Shown here piece after piece: positions 56,230 to 64,000 of a stretch of DNA of 64,000 bases (within the stretch, counting starts at the first letter, position 1; each line of letters starts with the position of its first letter). The stretch is taken from the NCBI GenBank assembly GCA_004321885.1, contig SCQK01000007.1:1-64000 (forward strand), written 5' to 3'. Source of the DNA: Patescibacteria group bacterium (GTDB lineage Bacteria; Patescibacteriota; Patescibacteriia; Magasanikbacterales; GWA2-37-8). The notes below the pieces were generated by a model. It was given only the letters and a program-made list of their open reading frames with translations. It was not told where the DNA came from and did no database searches. The position numbers were made by a program, and so were the translations under genes.

Positions 56230-58917
56230 TTACCAATCTTTCACCAGATAACTCCTCCACACGCTGGACTTGGCTTTGCTCGTCGTAATCACGCTTTGAA
56301 ACAGCGCCAACTGCGACGCAGGCCGGCGGAAGAAACTGGCCACGCGATAAGCGCGCAGTACCTGCTCCTCCACGGCCGGCACGTCAAACTTTTTCAAATT
56401 CGCCTTGTTCAAACCGCTGCGGAGCTGCTTTTCCAAATCCGATGGCACGCTTATCTTGAGCGAATCTTCTATCTGCTCCTGCAGGTTCGCGGCCGCGTCC
56501 CAATTATCCATCACATCGCTCGCGTTCATTTCGTCAAGCCTCACCTTGGCCGCTTCCCTTAAATTTTCAGTCCGGTCTTTCAAATCCTCAAGCAGGGCTT
56601 TCAGCTCGCTGACGTCTTTTTTGCTCTTGGCCAGGCGGTTAATTCTCGCCTCATAGCGCTTGATGGCGGCCGCCAATTTATTCACCGAAGCCTTCAAACT
56701 GGTCATGCCGCGCAAGCCGGACATAGACGCGTCGGCCTCTTGCAGCTTGTCAATAATCTGCTCCTGCACAAAATCAAACGGCTCTTGCTCCAGATAGTCG
56801 TTGGTTTTTAATTTGTCATAGGCCGTGCGCGCCTCGGCGATTTTATCGCCGATGACTTTAAGCTGGGCCTCGGCGTCCACGTTTAATTTTTCCATCAAAA
56901 CAACCACGCGCTTGTATTCTTTCTCGCGCCGCGCGATATTTTGCGTAATCATCGGGGCCACTTTCAGCAAACGGCTAAGCTGTTCCAGCCGCACCAGCCA
57001 TTCGTTCAGGCCGTCAAAAATATCAGCCAATGCTTCGCCGGCATCGCGCGCCTCTTCAAAGGTTTTGGCTTCTTTTATCTGCTCCACCAATTTCTGGCCG
57101 CTGTCCAGCAATTCTTTCAAAGATTGCGGCAGGCTGTAGCCGCGCTTTTCCAAGAGTGTGGCGCGATTTTTAAGCGATATGAATTGCCGCGACACCTCGG
57201 CCATCTTGCGCTTCAATTGCTTCAAGGCCTTCTCCTGCATTTCTCTGTCGCGCTCGGACATGTCGGTGTCGTTGTTGGAAATCAGCTCGTTCTTCAGGTC
57301 GCGCAAAATCTGCACATCGTCGCTAATCGCTTCCAAAGTGTCAAAGGCCGTCATATCCAGGGGCGTATTCTGTATTTTTTCGCGCAAGCCCGTGATTTTA
57401 TCCATGGACGCGGAGTCGCTCAATTTTTTGAACGTGCCCCACAAGGAATCCAATGTTCTGTTTAATGATTTCTTCTTTTGCTCTATGGTTTTAATTTGAT
57501 GCTCGGTTAATAGTTCTTTTACCTCAACCACAGTCTTGCACACGCCCGAAGACGAGCAATAGCCCGTACTGCCCTCGGTTTTATCCAGACACCAGGTGCC
57601 GCCCTTGGCCGCGCAAACCGCGATGGGGTCTTCGGTTTTTACCGGGCAGGCCGTGCCTTCGGTTACCTTTGAGCCATCGGAACAAATAATATAGGTAACG
57701 GGCTTGGGACAGACAGCCGTGCTTTCCACCGAAGAACCATCCGGACAAGTCTTGTAAGTGATGACCGGAATGATTTGAAGACTCGCGGTCGGACAGGCGG
57801 ATAATTTAGTTACCGCAGTGAAGTTATCCGGACAGATCATTTGGCCCGTTGGCGCGGCTTTCATGCAAACACTGCCGGCGCTCATGCACCAGCCGCTCAT
57901 GGCCGTACTACTATAGGTACCGGTAAATTCGCACCAAGTGGCGCCCTTGGCCTTGCAGTCCGTGGAATTAGACGGCGTCATCGGGCAAGCCCCCCAGCTA
58001 TCGGCAAAGCTGTTGTCCCAGCAGGTAACTTTGCCGCTGGGCGCGGCAGGCGCGCAAGTACTACCTTTTGGATTGCAGTAGCCGCCTGAACTCATGGAAC
58101 CGGAATAATTTGATTTGCACCAAACCCCCTGAAATTTTGTACAGTCAGATTCATTGCTGGGCCAGGTCATTGTTTCGTAATTCGTGGGGCATTTGGACCA
58201 GTCTGTCACTTTGGTAACTCCATCGGAACAAGTCATGGTAGTTGCCGGGCATTTAGAGCTGTCGGTTACCTTGGTGCCGTCGGAGCAAGTATAACTGTTG
58301 TCCGGACAAGAACTGCCCGCGGTTTGACACCAGCCCCCGCCATAAGAACTTGTACACCAACTTCGGCCCTTGGCCGTGCAGGTGGCCTGGTCATAAATAG
58401 GACAGGTGGTATTGTTTGTGGCGCACCAGCCAGTGCCGCCGCTGGTGCTCGCGCACCACTCCCCGTTTTGAGCCTTGCAGGACGCTTCATCATTGGCCGG
58501 ACAATTTTCGCCGGTATTCGCGCACCAGCCCGAACCGCCGTAAGAGCTCGTGCACCATTTTCTGCTTTTAGCCACGCAGGTCGCTTCGTCGTTTATCGGG
58601 CACCCATAGCCGCCGGTGGAACACCAGCCGCCCGTGGCCCCGCCGCTGTACGTGCACCATTCGCCGCTTTGGGCCGTGCACGAAGCCGCGTCATAAGCCG
58701 GGCACGGACTGGTGGAATATGAACACCAGCCAGTAACGCCGTCGGAATTCTTGCACCATTTACCATTGCCCGTGGTACAGGTGGTTTCCGGGCTCGTGGT
58801 GGTACCGCTGTTTGTGGAGGTGTCGGTTTGGGCCAAAACTACCCCGACCAAAAAAAGCGCTGACAAAATAAAACTTAGCGATATTAAAAAAAATCGCTTC
58901 CTGATGCCATTGTGCAT
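56230..58917 (-). CDS. Secreted protein (895 aa) with N-terminal Cys-rich tandem repeats and a long C-terminal coiled coil
   Basis: Signal peptide, then a roughly 36-aa repeat about six times (C.A..G.WC..S.GG.GWC...G..CP..D.A.C), then CSDGTKVTDxSKCP repeats, then about 450 aa of heptad-rich sequence. Confidence 0.7.
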   Translation of the reverse strand: MHNGIRKRFFLISLSFILSALFLVGVVLAQTDTSTNSGTTTSPETTCTTGNGKWCKNSDGVTGWCSYSTSPCPAYDAASCTAQSGEWCTYSGGATGGWCSTGGYGCPINDEATCVAKSRKWCTSSYGGSGWCANTGENCPANDEASCKAQNGEWCASTSGGTGWCATNNTTCPIYDQATCTAKGRSWCTSSYGGGWCQTAGSSCPDNSYTCSDGTKVTDSSKCPATTMTCSDGVTKVTDWSKCPTNYETMTWPSNESDCTKFQGVWCKSNYSGSMSSGGYCNPKGSTCAPAAPSGKVTCWDNSFADSWGACPMTPSNSTDCKAKGATWCEFTGTYSSTAMSGWCMSAGSVCMKAAPTGQMICPDNFTAVTKLSACPTASLQIIPVITYKTCPDGSSVESTAVCPKPVTYIICSDGSKVTEGTACPVKTEDPIAVCAAKGGTWCLDKTEGSTGYCSSSGVCKTVVEVKELLTEHQIKTIEQKKKSLNRTLDSLWGTFKKLSDSASMDKITGLREKIQNTPLDMTAFDTLEAISDDVQILRDLKNELISNNDTDMSERDREMQEKALKQLKRKMAEVSRQFISLKNRATLLEKRGYSLPQSLKELLDSGQKLVEQIKEAKTFEEARDAGEALADIFDGLNEWLVRLEQLSRLLKVAPMITQNIARREKEYKRVVVLMEKLNVDAEAQLKVIGDKIAEARTAYDKLKTNDYLEQEPFDFVQEQIIDKLQEADASMSGLRGMTSLKASVNKLAAAIKRYEARINRLAKSKKDVSELKALLEDLKDRTENLREAAKVRLDEMNASDVMDNWDAAANLQEQIEDSLKISVPSDLEKQLRSGLNKANLKKFDVPAVEEQVLRAYRVASFFRRPASQLALFQSVITTSKAKSSVWRSYLVKDW

Positions 58918-59026
58918 ATTTCAATAAGTTAAATAAATACGCGTTCGCGAAAAGCGAACGGATATATTATACCACACTTTCCCGCGGCCTGCATGCAGGG
59001 TCGGATGACCCTGTGGATAAGTTTTA

Positions 59027-59064
59027 TCCCTCCCCTTGATAAGGGGAGGGTTGGGGAGGGGTAA
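59027..59064. repeat. G-rich palindromic element (family B) immediately 3' of ahcY
   Basis: Sequence tatccctccccttgataaggggagggttggggaggggta. Confidence 0.7.
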
Positions 59065-60366
59065 TCAATACCGGTAATGGCCGGGCTTATACGGCCCGTC
59101 CAGCGGCACGCCCAGATAATCGGCCTGCTCTTTCGTCATTTTAGTGAGTTTGACACCGATTTTTTCCAAATGCAAACGCGCCACTTCCTCGTCCATTTCC
59201 TTTGGCAGCATGTGCACGCCGATTTCATATTTTTTAGTCCAGAGTTCTATTTGCGCCAAAACCTGGTTGGAAAAAGAATTGCTCATCACAAAGCTGGGAT
59301 GGCCCGTGGCGCAACCCAAATTCACCAGCCGGCCTTCGGCCAATATATATATGGAATGACCTGGCCCGCCCGCCTTTGGCGGAAAATCATACCTGTCTAC
59401 CTGGGGTTTGATGTTGATTTTTTTCGCGTCCGAAGCGTTCAGTTCCGCCATTTGTATTTCATTATCAAAATGGCCGATGTTGCACACAATGGCCTGGTCT
59501 TTCATTTTTTTAATATGCTCCAGGGTGATGACATCGCGATTGCCCGTGGCCGTAACATAAATGTCGGCGCGGCCGAGCGTGTCTTCCACGGTCGCCACTT
59601 CATAACCCTCCATGGCCGCCTGCAAAGCGCAAATTGGGTCAATCTCGGTCACAATCACTCGGCACCCCTGCCCTCGCAAGGCCTGGGCGCTGCCCTTGCC
59701 CACTTCGCCGAAACCACACACCACCGCCACTTTACCGCCGATCATCACGTCAGTGGCGCGGTTGATGCCGTCTATCAAAGAATGACGACAGCCGTAAATA
59801 TTATCAAATTTGCTTTTAGTAACAGAGTCGTTGACATTAATAGCCGGGAAAAGCAACTTGCCTTGCTCAAAGCGCTGATACAAACGGTGCACGCCCGTGG
59901 TGGTTTCTTCAGACACGCCTTTTATTTCTTTCGCGAGTTCAGGGTGTTTTTCGTGCACAAGCAATGTCACATCGCCCCCATCATCTAAAAGCAAACTCGG
60001 CCCTTTGCCGCCGGTAAATTTCAACGTCTGCTCGGTGCACCACCAATATTCATCCTCGGTTTCACCTTTCCAGGCAAATACCGGCACGCCCGCCTCGGCC
60101 ATAGCCGCGGCCGCGTGGTCTTGGGTGGAAAAAATATTACAGCTGGCCCAGCGTACCTCGGCACCCAGCGCTCGTAGGGTTTCAATCAGCACAGCGGTTT
60201 GGATGGTCATGTGCAAAGAACCGGCAATGCGCGCGTTCGCGAGCGGCTTACTCGCCGAATATTTCTCGCGAATGGCCATCAGCCCGGGCATTTCTTTTTC
60301 CGCCATTTCAATTTCCTTTCTCCCCCACTCGGCCAACGAAATATCTTTTACTTTGTAATCGGACAT
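59065..60366 (-). CDS. ahcY: Adenosylhomocysteinase
   Basis: [30 protein letters not shown] and the NAD-binding motif GFGEVGKG are present. Start taken at MSDYK. Confidence 0.9.
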   Translation of the reverse strand: MSDYKVKDISLAEWGRKEIEMAEKEMPGLMAIREKYSASKPLANARIAGSLHMTIQTAVLIETLRALGAEVRWASCNIFSTQDHAAAAMAEAGVPVFAWKGETEDEYWWCTEQTLKFTGGKGPSLLLDDGGDVTLLVHEKHPELAKEIKGVSEETTTGVHRLYQRFEQGKLLFPAINVNDSVTKSKFDNIYGCRHSLIDGINRATDVMIGGKVAVVCGFGEVGKGSAQALRGQGCRVIVTEIDPICALQAAMEGYEVATVEDTLGRADIYVTATGNRDVITLEHIKKMKDQAIVCNIGHFDNEIQMAELNASDAKKINIKPQVDRYDFPPKAGGPGHSIYILAEGRLVNLGCATGHPSFVMSNSFSNQVLAQIELWTKKYEIGVHMLPKEMDEEVARLHLEKIGVKLTKMTKEQADYLGVPLDGPYKPGHYRY

Positions 60367-60374
60367 ACGAAATT

Positions 60375-61316
60375 TTATTCTAATTTTAACTCCTCCCCAA
60401 ACGCTTTTTTGTAACGCTCGCAAAATTCTTTTTTGGTAAAATTATGCGCCTGGGTGCCGAAGGTTTCTATGGCGTAGCTGGCGGCCACGGCCCCCATCTG
60501 ACCGCACATTTTCCAGTTGTAGCCGCGCTCAAATCCGACTAAAAATCCGGCGCGATAAGCATCGCCGGCGCCGGTCGGGTCGTCAAACGACAACGGCGGG
60601 CAAGAACCTACTTTCACCTCCTCGCCTTCGGCTGTCTTGATGATAGACCCGCGCTCGCCCAAAGTGACAATCAGCACCTTGGCGTTTTTCAAAATCTCGT
60701 TCGCGTCCCAGCCCGTGCGCTCTTCCAATAATTTTATTTCATAGTCATTGCCAATCACGAAATGCGCCTGGCTGAGCATTTTTTGCAATTCTTCGCCGGT
60801 AAAGGCCGTGATTTGCTGACCCGGGTCAAACATGGCCTTGGCGCCGAAAGTGGCGCATTCGTGCATGTGCTTTTGCATGGCTTCTTTTTGCGTGGGCGAC
60901 ACGATGGCCAGCTCAAACTTTTCTTTCACCGCTTCCAGCGAATCCACGTTGGCCAGTGGGCCGTTGTAAAAAGCAGTAATCTGGTTGTCGTCGGCGTCAG
61001 TGGTGATATAGGCCGAAGCCGTGGATTGTTTTTTATCAATTTTAATATTGGCCGCGTCAATACCGTTTTTTTTCAAATAATCCAAATAATCACTACCGTC
61101 GGCGCCGACAGCCGACACCACCAACGGTTCCGCGCCGAGCAATTTCATGGTGTAAGCAATGTTACCGGCCGTGCCTCCCCAGCTACGTTCCAACCTATCC
61201 ACCACAAAACAAACATTCAAAATATGAATGTTGTCCGGCATGATGTGGTTCTTAAAGCTGTCCGGAAAATTCATGATGTTATCGTAAACCAACGACCCGG
61301 AAACGAGTATGGGCAT
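60375..61316 (-). CDS. PfkB-family carbohydrate/nucleoside kinase (adenosine kinase-like)
   Basis: GGTAGNIAY and [16 protein letters not shown] motifs. Its position next to ahcY suggests adenosine salvage. Confidence 0.7.
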   Translation of the reverse strand: MPILVSGSLVYDNIMNFPDSFKNHIMPDNIHILNVCFVVDRLERSWGGTAGNIAYTMKLLGAEPLVVSAVGADGSDYLDYLKKNGIDAANIKIDKKQSTASAYITTDADDNQITAFYNGPLANVDSLEAVKEKFELAIVSPTQKEAMQKHMHECATFGAKAMFDPGQQITAFTGEELQKMLSQAHFVIGNDYEIKLLEERTGWDANEILKNAKVLIVTLGERGSIIKTAEGEEVKVGSCPPLSFDDPTGAGDAYRAGFLVGFERGYNWKMCGQMGAVAASYAIETFGTQAHNFTKKEFCERYKKAFGEELKLE

Positions 61317-61325
61317 AAATAAAAG

Positions 61326-61526
61326 TTAAGCTACTTTTTCTCCACTTTGCTCCTGCATTTCTTGTTGTGCTCTCCGCAAACGCTCTTGACCTTCAACTCT
61401 CATTTGTCTATCAATCGCTGTCTCGGGCTTCTCTTCCTTATGTCCTTGTTCTTCCGGCTCATGCCAGGCAGCGTCTTTTAACCTTATCCTTCTCATACCT
61501 TCGGGTGTAAATCTTTTTCCTATCAT
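61326..61526 (-). CDS. Hypothetical small charged protein
   Basis: 66-aa ORF in an operon-like position. No recognisable motifs. Confidence 0.35.
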   Translation of the reverse strand: MIGKRFTPEGMRRIRLKDAAWHEPEEQGHKEEKPETAIDRQMRVEGQERLRRAQQEMQEQSGEKVA

Positions 61527-61552
61527 AAAAATTTAAGTTAAAAAATTAATAG

Positions 61553-62896
61553 CTATGGAATCGTAATGTCGCCAGACCAAATATTGTTCGGTCCGTATTC
61601 AAAATACGGCTGTTTGTCGGTCGTCACTTCTATATCAAAATGGTAGGTCTGCCCGGAAACAAACGGGTCAATGACGCGTGGCGCGCCTGAAGAGGACCGG
61701 CCGCGATAAAAGAAAAAAGACTTGGTTGAAAGGCGGTTTATTCTGGCCGCGAAAGTGGCGTCGTAATAATAGCAATCGCCGCACCCGCCATCAATGTCTA
61801 TCACGCCCAAAAAGTCGGCCCCGCCCGCATTACGCAAAATCATTTTTACATTGCCGTATCCCCTCTGCCCGCTAAACGTGCCCGGATTATCCGGCTCCAG
61901 GCGGTCAATAATAATATCCGGCAAAAGCACGCTGACGTAAATTTGACGGGTGACGGTCTGGCCGTAAAAATTTTTGGCGAATAGGCGATAATATCCGCTG
62001 TGGCTGGGACTGACTTCTGTATTGCCTGTGCCGGAAGTCGCCGATGAAGACGAATACACCTCTCTCGCTTCGCCGGCATCCCCAAGCCGGTCTTCTTCTA
62101 CGGCTATGCTTTGCGCGTCTCTCACTTCCCAAGACAAGCGCACCGGCCCGTATTCACGCTCCAACCGCTCGGGACTGGCGGAAAAAGACGCTATGGTCGG
62201 CACCGGATAATCCGGCAAACTGTATTCCTGCGGCGCGACCGCAATCATGAAAACGGCCCCGTCTTTATCATCTTTATCATAAACCGCGGCGGCGGAGGAA
62301 AGGCGCGCGCCAAGGGCCGCGTACCACGGCGATTTCTGGCTTAAAATCTTGCCGCTGTCCGCGCTCACCGCGTATTCTGTCTTGACGCTCCAAGGAATAA
62401 AATAAAACAGCTTAAAAGGTTCTTTGAGCGCCACTTTGTAAACCGGTTTGCCGTTTTGCGCGGCCAAAGACAGGCTGGCCACCTCGGCTTTGGCTTGTCT
62501 GGCTACGGCCAAAGCCCGGGCGTAAAATTCCGGCGGCGCGAGTTTCACCGCCATTTTCTTGCCGTCTTTGGTTAAATAAAGCTTGCCTTTTTCTATGGCC
62601 GCTGTTCCGTCAATCAATACCCCCGCTTCTTTGCCGGCAACATTAAATCGCGCGCTTGTTTGCCCGTTGTTTTTTGACACTGTCATTTCGTAAAACACAT
62701 TTTTATTCTGGGAAAGCAATAACGCCGGCCTGGGGGCTTGAACCGCCGCTACCGGCGCCGCTAACTTGGCCGCGGCTTTGATTTGAGCTCGTATCGGAAC
62801 CAGCGAAGGCGCCTTGGGCGCGAGGGTAATGGCAGACGCCAGACCGGGCGCGAATGCCGCCGCGAAAAATACGGATAAAATTATGATTGTCTGCAT
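61553..62896 (-). CDS. Hypothetical secreted protein
   Basis: Signal peptide MQTIIILSVFFAAAFAPGLASA. Function is unknown. Confidence 0.55.
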   Translation of the reverse strand: MQTIIILSVFFAAAFAPGLASAITLAPKAPSLVPIRAQIKAAAKLAAPVAAVQAPRPALLLSQNKNVFYEMTVSKNNGQTSARFNVAGKEAGVLIDGTAAIEKGKLYLTKDGKKMAVKLAPPEFYARALAVARQAKAEVASLSLAAQNGKPVYKVALKEPFKLFYFIPWSVKTEYAVSADSGKILSQKSPWYAALGARLSSAAAVYDKDDKDGAVFMIAVAPQEYSLPDYPVPTIASFSASPERLEREYGPVRLSWEVRDAQSIAVEEDRLGDAGEAREVYSSSSATSGTGNTEVSPSHSGYYRLFAKNFYGQTVTRQIYVSVLLPDIIIDRLEPDNPGTFSGQRGYGNVKMILRNAGGADFLGVIDIDGGCGDCYYYDATFAARINRLSTKSFFFYRGRSSSGAPRVIDPFVSGQTYHFDIEVTTDKQPYFEYGPNNIWSGDITIP

Positions 62897-63018
62897 ATAT
62901 TTTGTATATATCTTATATCTTACCATTAAAAGAAAAAATAGGCAAAAGGCGAATTTTGTGGTATATTATAGCCGCTCATTTTAACATATTTATTTCAACA
63001 TATTAAAATATCAATACT

Positions 63019-64000
63019 ATGGGGAGGAAAAAACACGGGGCGTTTGATAATTACAAAAAAATTGTTATTTTGAGCTGTCTGGCAGTGGCTTTAATCGCGG
63101 CGGCGGCCATCGCGACCAGATTTCTGACATACGGCGCCAACGCGAAAAGCGCGGCCGAATTCAGGGCAGCGGCCAACCAATATCTGGAAAGCGGCGACAA
63201 GTCGGCCAATCCGATTAATATCAGATACGGAAAGGCCTTTTATTATTACGTGCCGATACAAGTAAACGGCAAAATTAGTTTGGAATTTCCCGGCATCATG
63301 CTGGACAATAAAGCCAACCCCGTAACCAATGAATTGATTTTAAAAGAATTGTTCAAGTACCCGGCATTGGTGATGGAATTCGCCACTACGTTCAAAAAAT
63401 TTGACGCCGCGGCCAAAAGCAAAACAACGGCGGTCAGGCAATATTGCGGCATTGTCACGCGCGAAAAAATAAAACTCGGAGAAATAGTTTATTCCGGCAA
63501 TGTCGTAGGCGTTCTTTACCAGGGAACCAAACTATCTTTTGACGCCGTTTCTTTGGTTAAAAACGTGCCGGCCGGTTTGGCGGCCTTAGTCAAGGACCTA
63601 GCCAAAAGCGAGGTGCAGGACGCGATTGTTTCGTATTTTGTTCCGGCTGATTCCCGAGCGGCGTTGGACGCGGCTCAGAAAGCGTACGACAGCGCGGAAA
63701 AAGCCGCTAAGGCGTGCGCCGGATTGACTGACGCGTGGAACGTCATGCATTCAACCAGCGGCAAAATTGAAACCTTGAAAGCGGCGCTGGCGGTCCATAA
63801 TTTATCTGCAGTATTCAGCAATGAAGCCGAGGCAATGGCCAACCTGCGCGACGCGCTGGACAAAGTCAATAATTATCCGACTTTAATCACAAAAATAAGC
63901 AAAAAGGACTATGCGGCCGGAATGGCGGCGCTGGACAAATTGATAGAAAAGCTTGAGGCCGAACGGGATTATTGGCAAGCAAGAGACGTGAGCGTCGTCA
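63019..64000 (+). CDS. Hypothetical membrane-anchored protein (3' partial; runs off the end of the window)
   Basis: An open frame from the ATG at 63019 to the end of the window with no stop. It has an N-terminal transmembrane segment ILSCLAVALIAAAAIA. Confidence 0.5.
   Translation, partial: MGRKKHGAFDNYKKIVILSCLAVALIAAAAIATRFLTYGANAKSAAEFRAAANQYLESGDKSANPINIRYGKAFYYYVPIQVNGKISLEFPGIMLDNKANPVTNELILKELFKYPALVMEFATTFKKFDAAAKSKTTAVRQYCGIVTREKIKLGEIVYSGNVVGVLYQGTKLSFDAVSLVKNVPAGLAALVKDLAKSEVQDAIVSYFVPADSRAALDAAQKAYDSAEKAAKACAGLTDAWNVMHSTSGKIETLKAALAVHNLSAVFSNEAEAMANLRDALDKVNNYPTLITKISKKDYAAGMAALDKLIEKLEAERDYWQARDVSVV

Overview
This window looks like a contiguous piece of a small, gene-dense bacterial chromosome, most probably Candidate Phyla Radiation (Patescibacteria). 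That lineage call is an inference from three things: a 16S rRNA gene interrupted by three insertions, two of which carry LAGLIDADG homing endonucleases; a divergent 515 primer site; and absence of 23S/5S genes next to the 16S. No CRISPR array, transposase or IS element was seen.

Housekeeping genes make up most of the window. On the minus strand: pyk, nrdR, ftsZ, ftsA, dgkA, ybeY, rpsU, hisS, lepB, ribH, ribE, nnr, trmD, a khpA-like KH-domain gene, rpsP, smc, hsp20, mutM, ahcY and a pfkB-family kinase. On the plus strand: two GT4 glycosyltransferases (one on each strand), an Elp3-like radical-SAM/GNAT gene, glyA, nrnA and clpP.

The feature most worth following up is a long co-directional minus-strand block at 12685-27926. 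It encodes two paralogous exported proteins, 676 aa and a giant 3541 aa. Both carry the same N-terminal module: a signal peptide followed by two hydrophobic helices, resembling VirB2/TrbC conjugative-pilin topology. In the giant protein this module is fused to Cys-rich CxxCDxG repeats, a LamG/ConA-like lectin domain and Cys-knot-like repeats. Three tandem small paralogs follow, each with a signal anchor, thrombospondin-type-3-like Ca-binding DxDxDG repeats and a shared C-terminal NP(L/K)G motif. Together these look like an uncharacterised cell-surface or appendage system, plausibly for host attachment.

Other notable observations:
- Two families of dispersed palindromic elements are present. 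One has the form GTCATTCC-[variable palindrome]-GGAATGAC. The other is the G-rich CCCTCCCC-TTATMAA-GGGGAGGG.
- Several copies sit in frame inside essential genes (trmD, nrnA, nnr, elp3, the smc C-terminus, the VanW-like gene and a TSP3 gene), much like Rickettsia palindromic elements.
- A GC-rich islet is bracketed by tRNA-Ile(GAU) and tRNA-Val(GAC).
- Two further GC-rich single genes, a histidine phosphatase and a Nudix hydrolase, suggest acquisition from a high-GC donor.
- PEP-utilizer swivel-domain genes occur as two full paralogs plus a fragment.
- A near-identical promoter-plus-leader is repeated at three loci; one copy drives a terminator-bounded candidate sRNA or small-protein locus.
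- A GHKL/MORC-like ATPase and an 895-aa Cys-repeat coiled-coil secreted protein are also present.

All coordinates of short motifs are hand-derived and may be off by a few bases.
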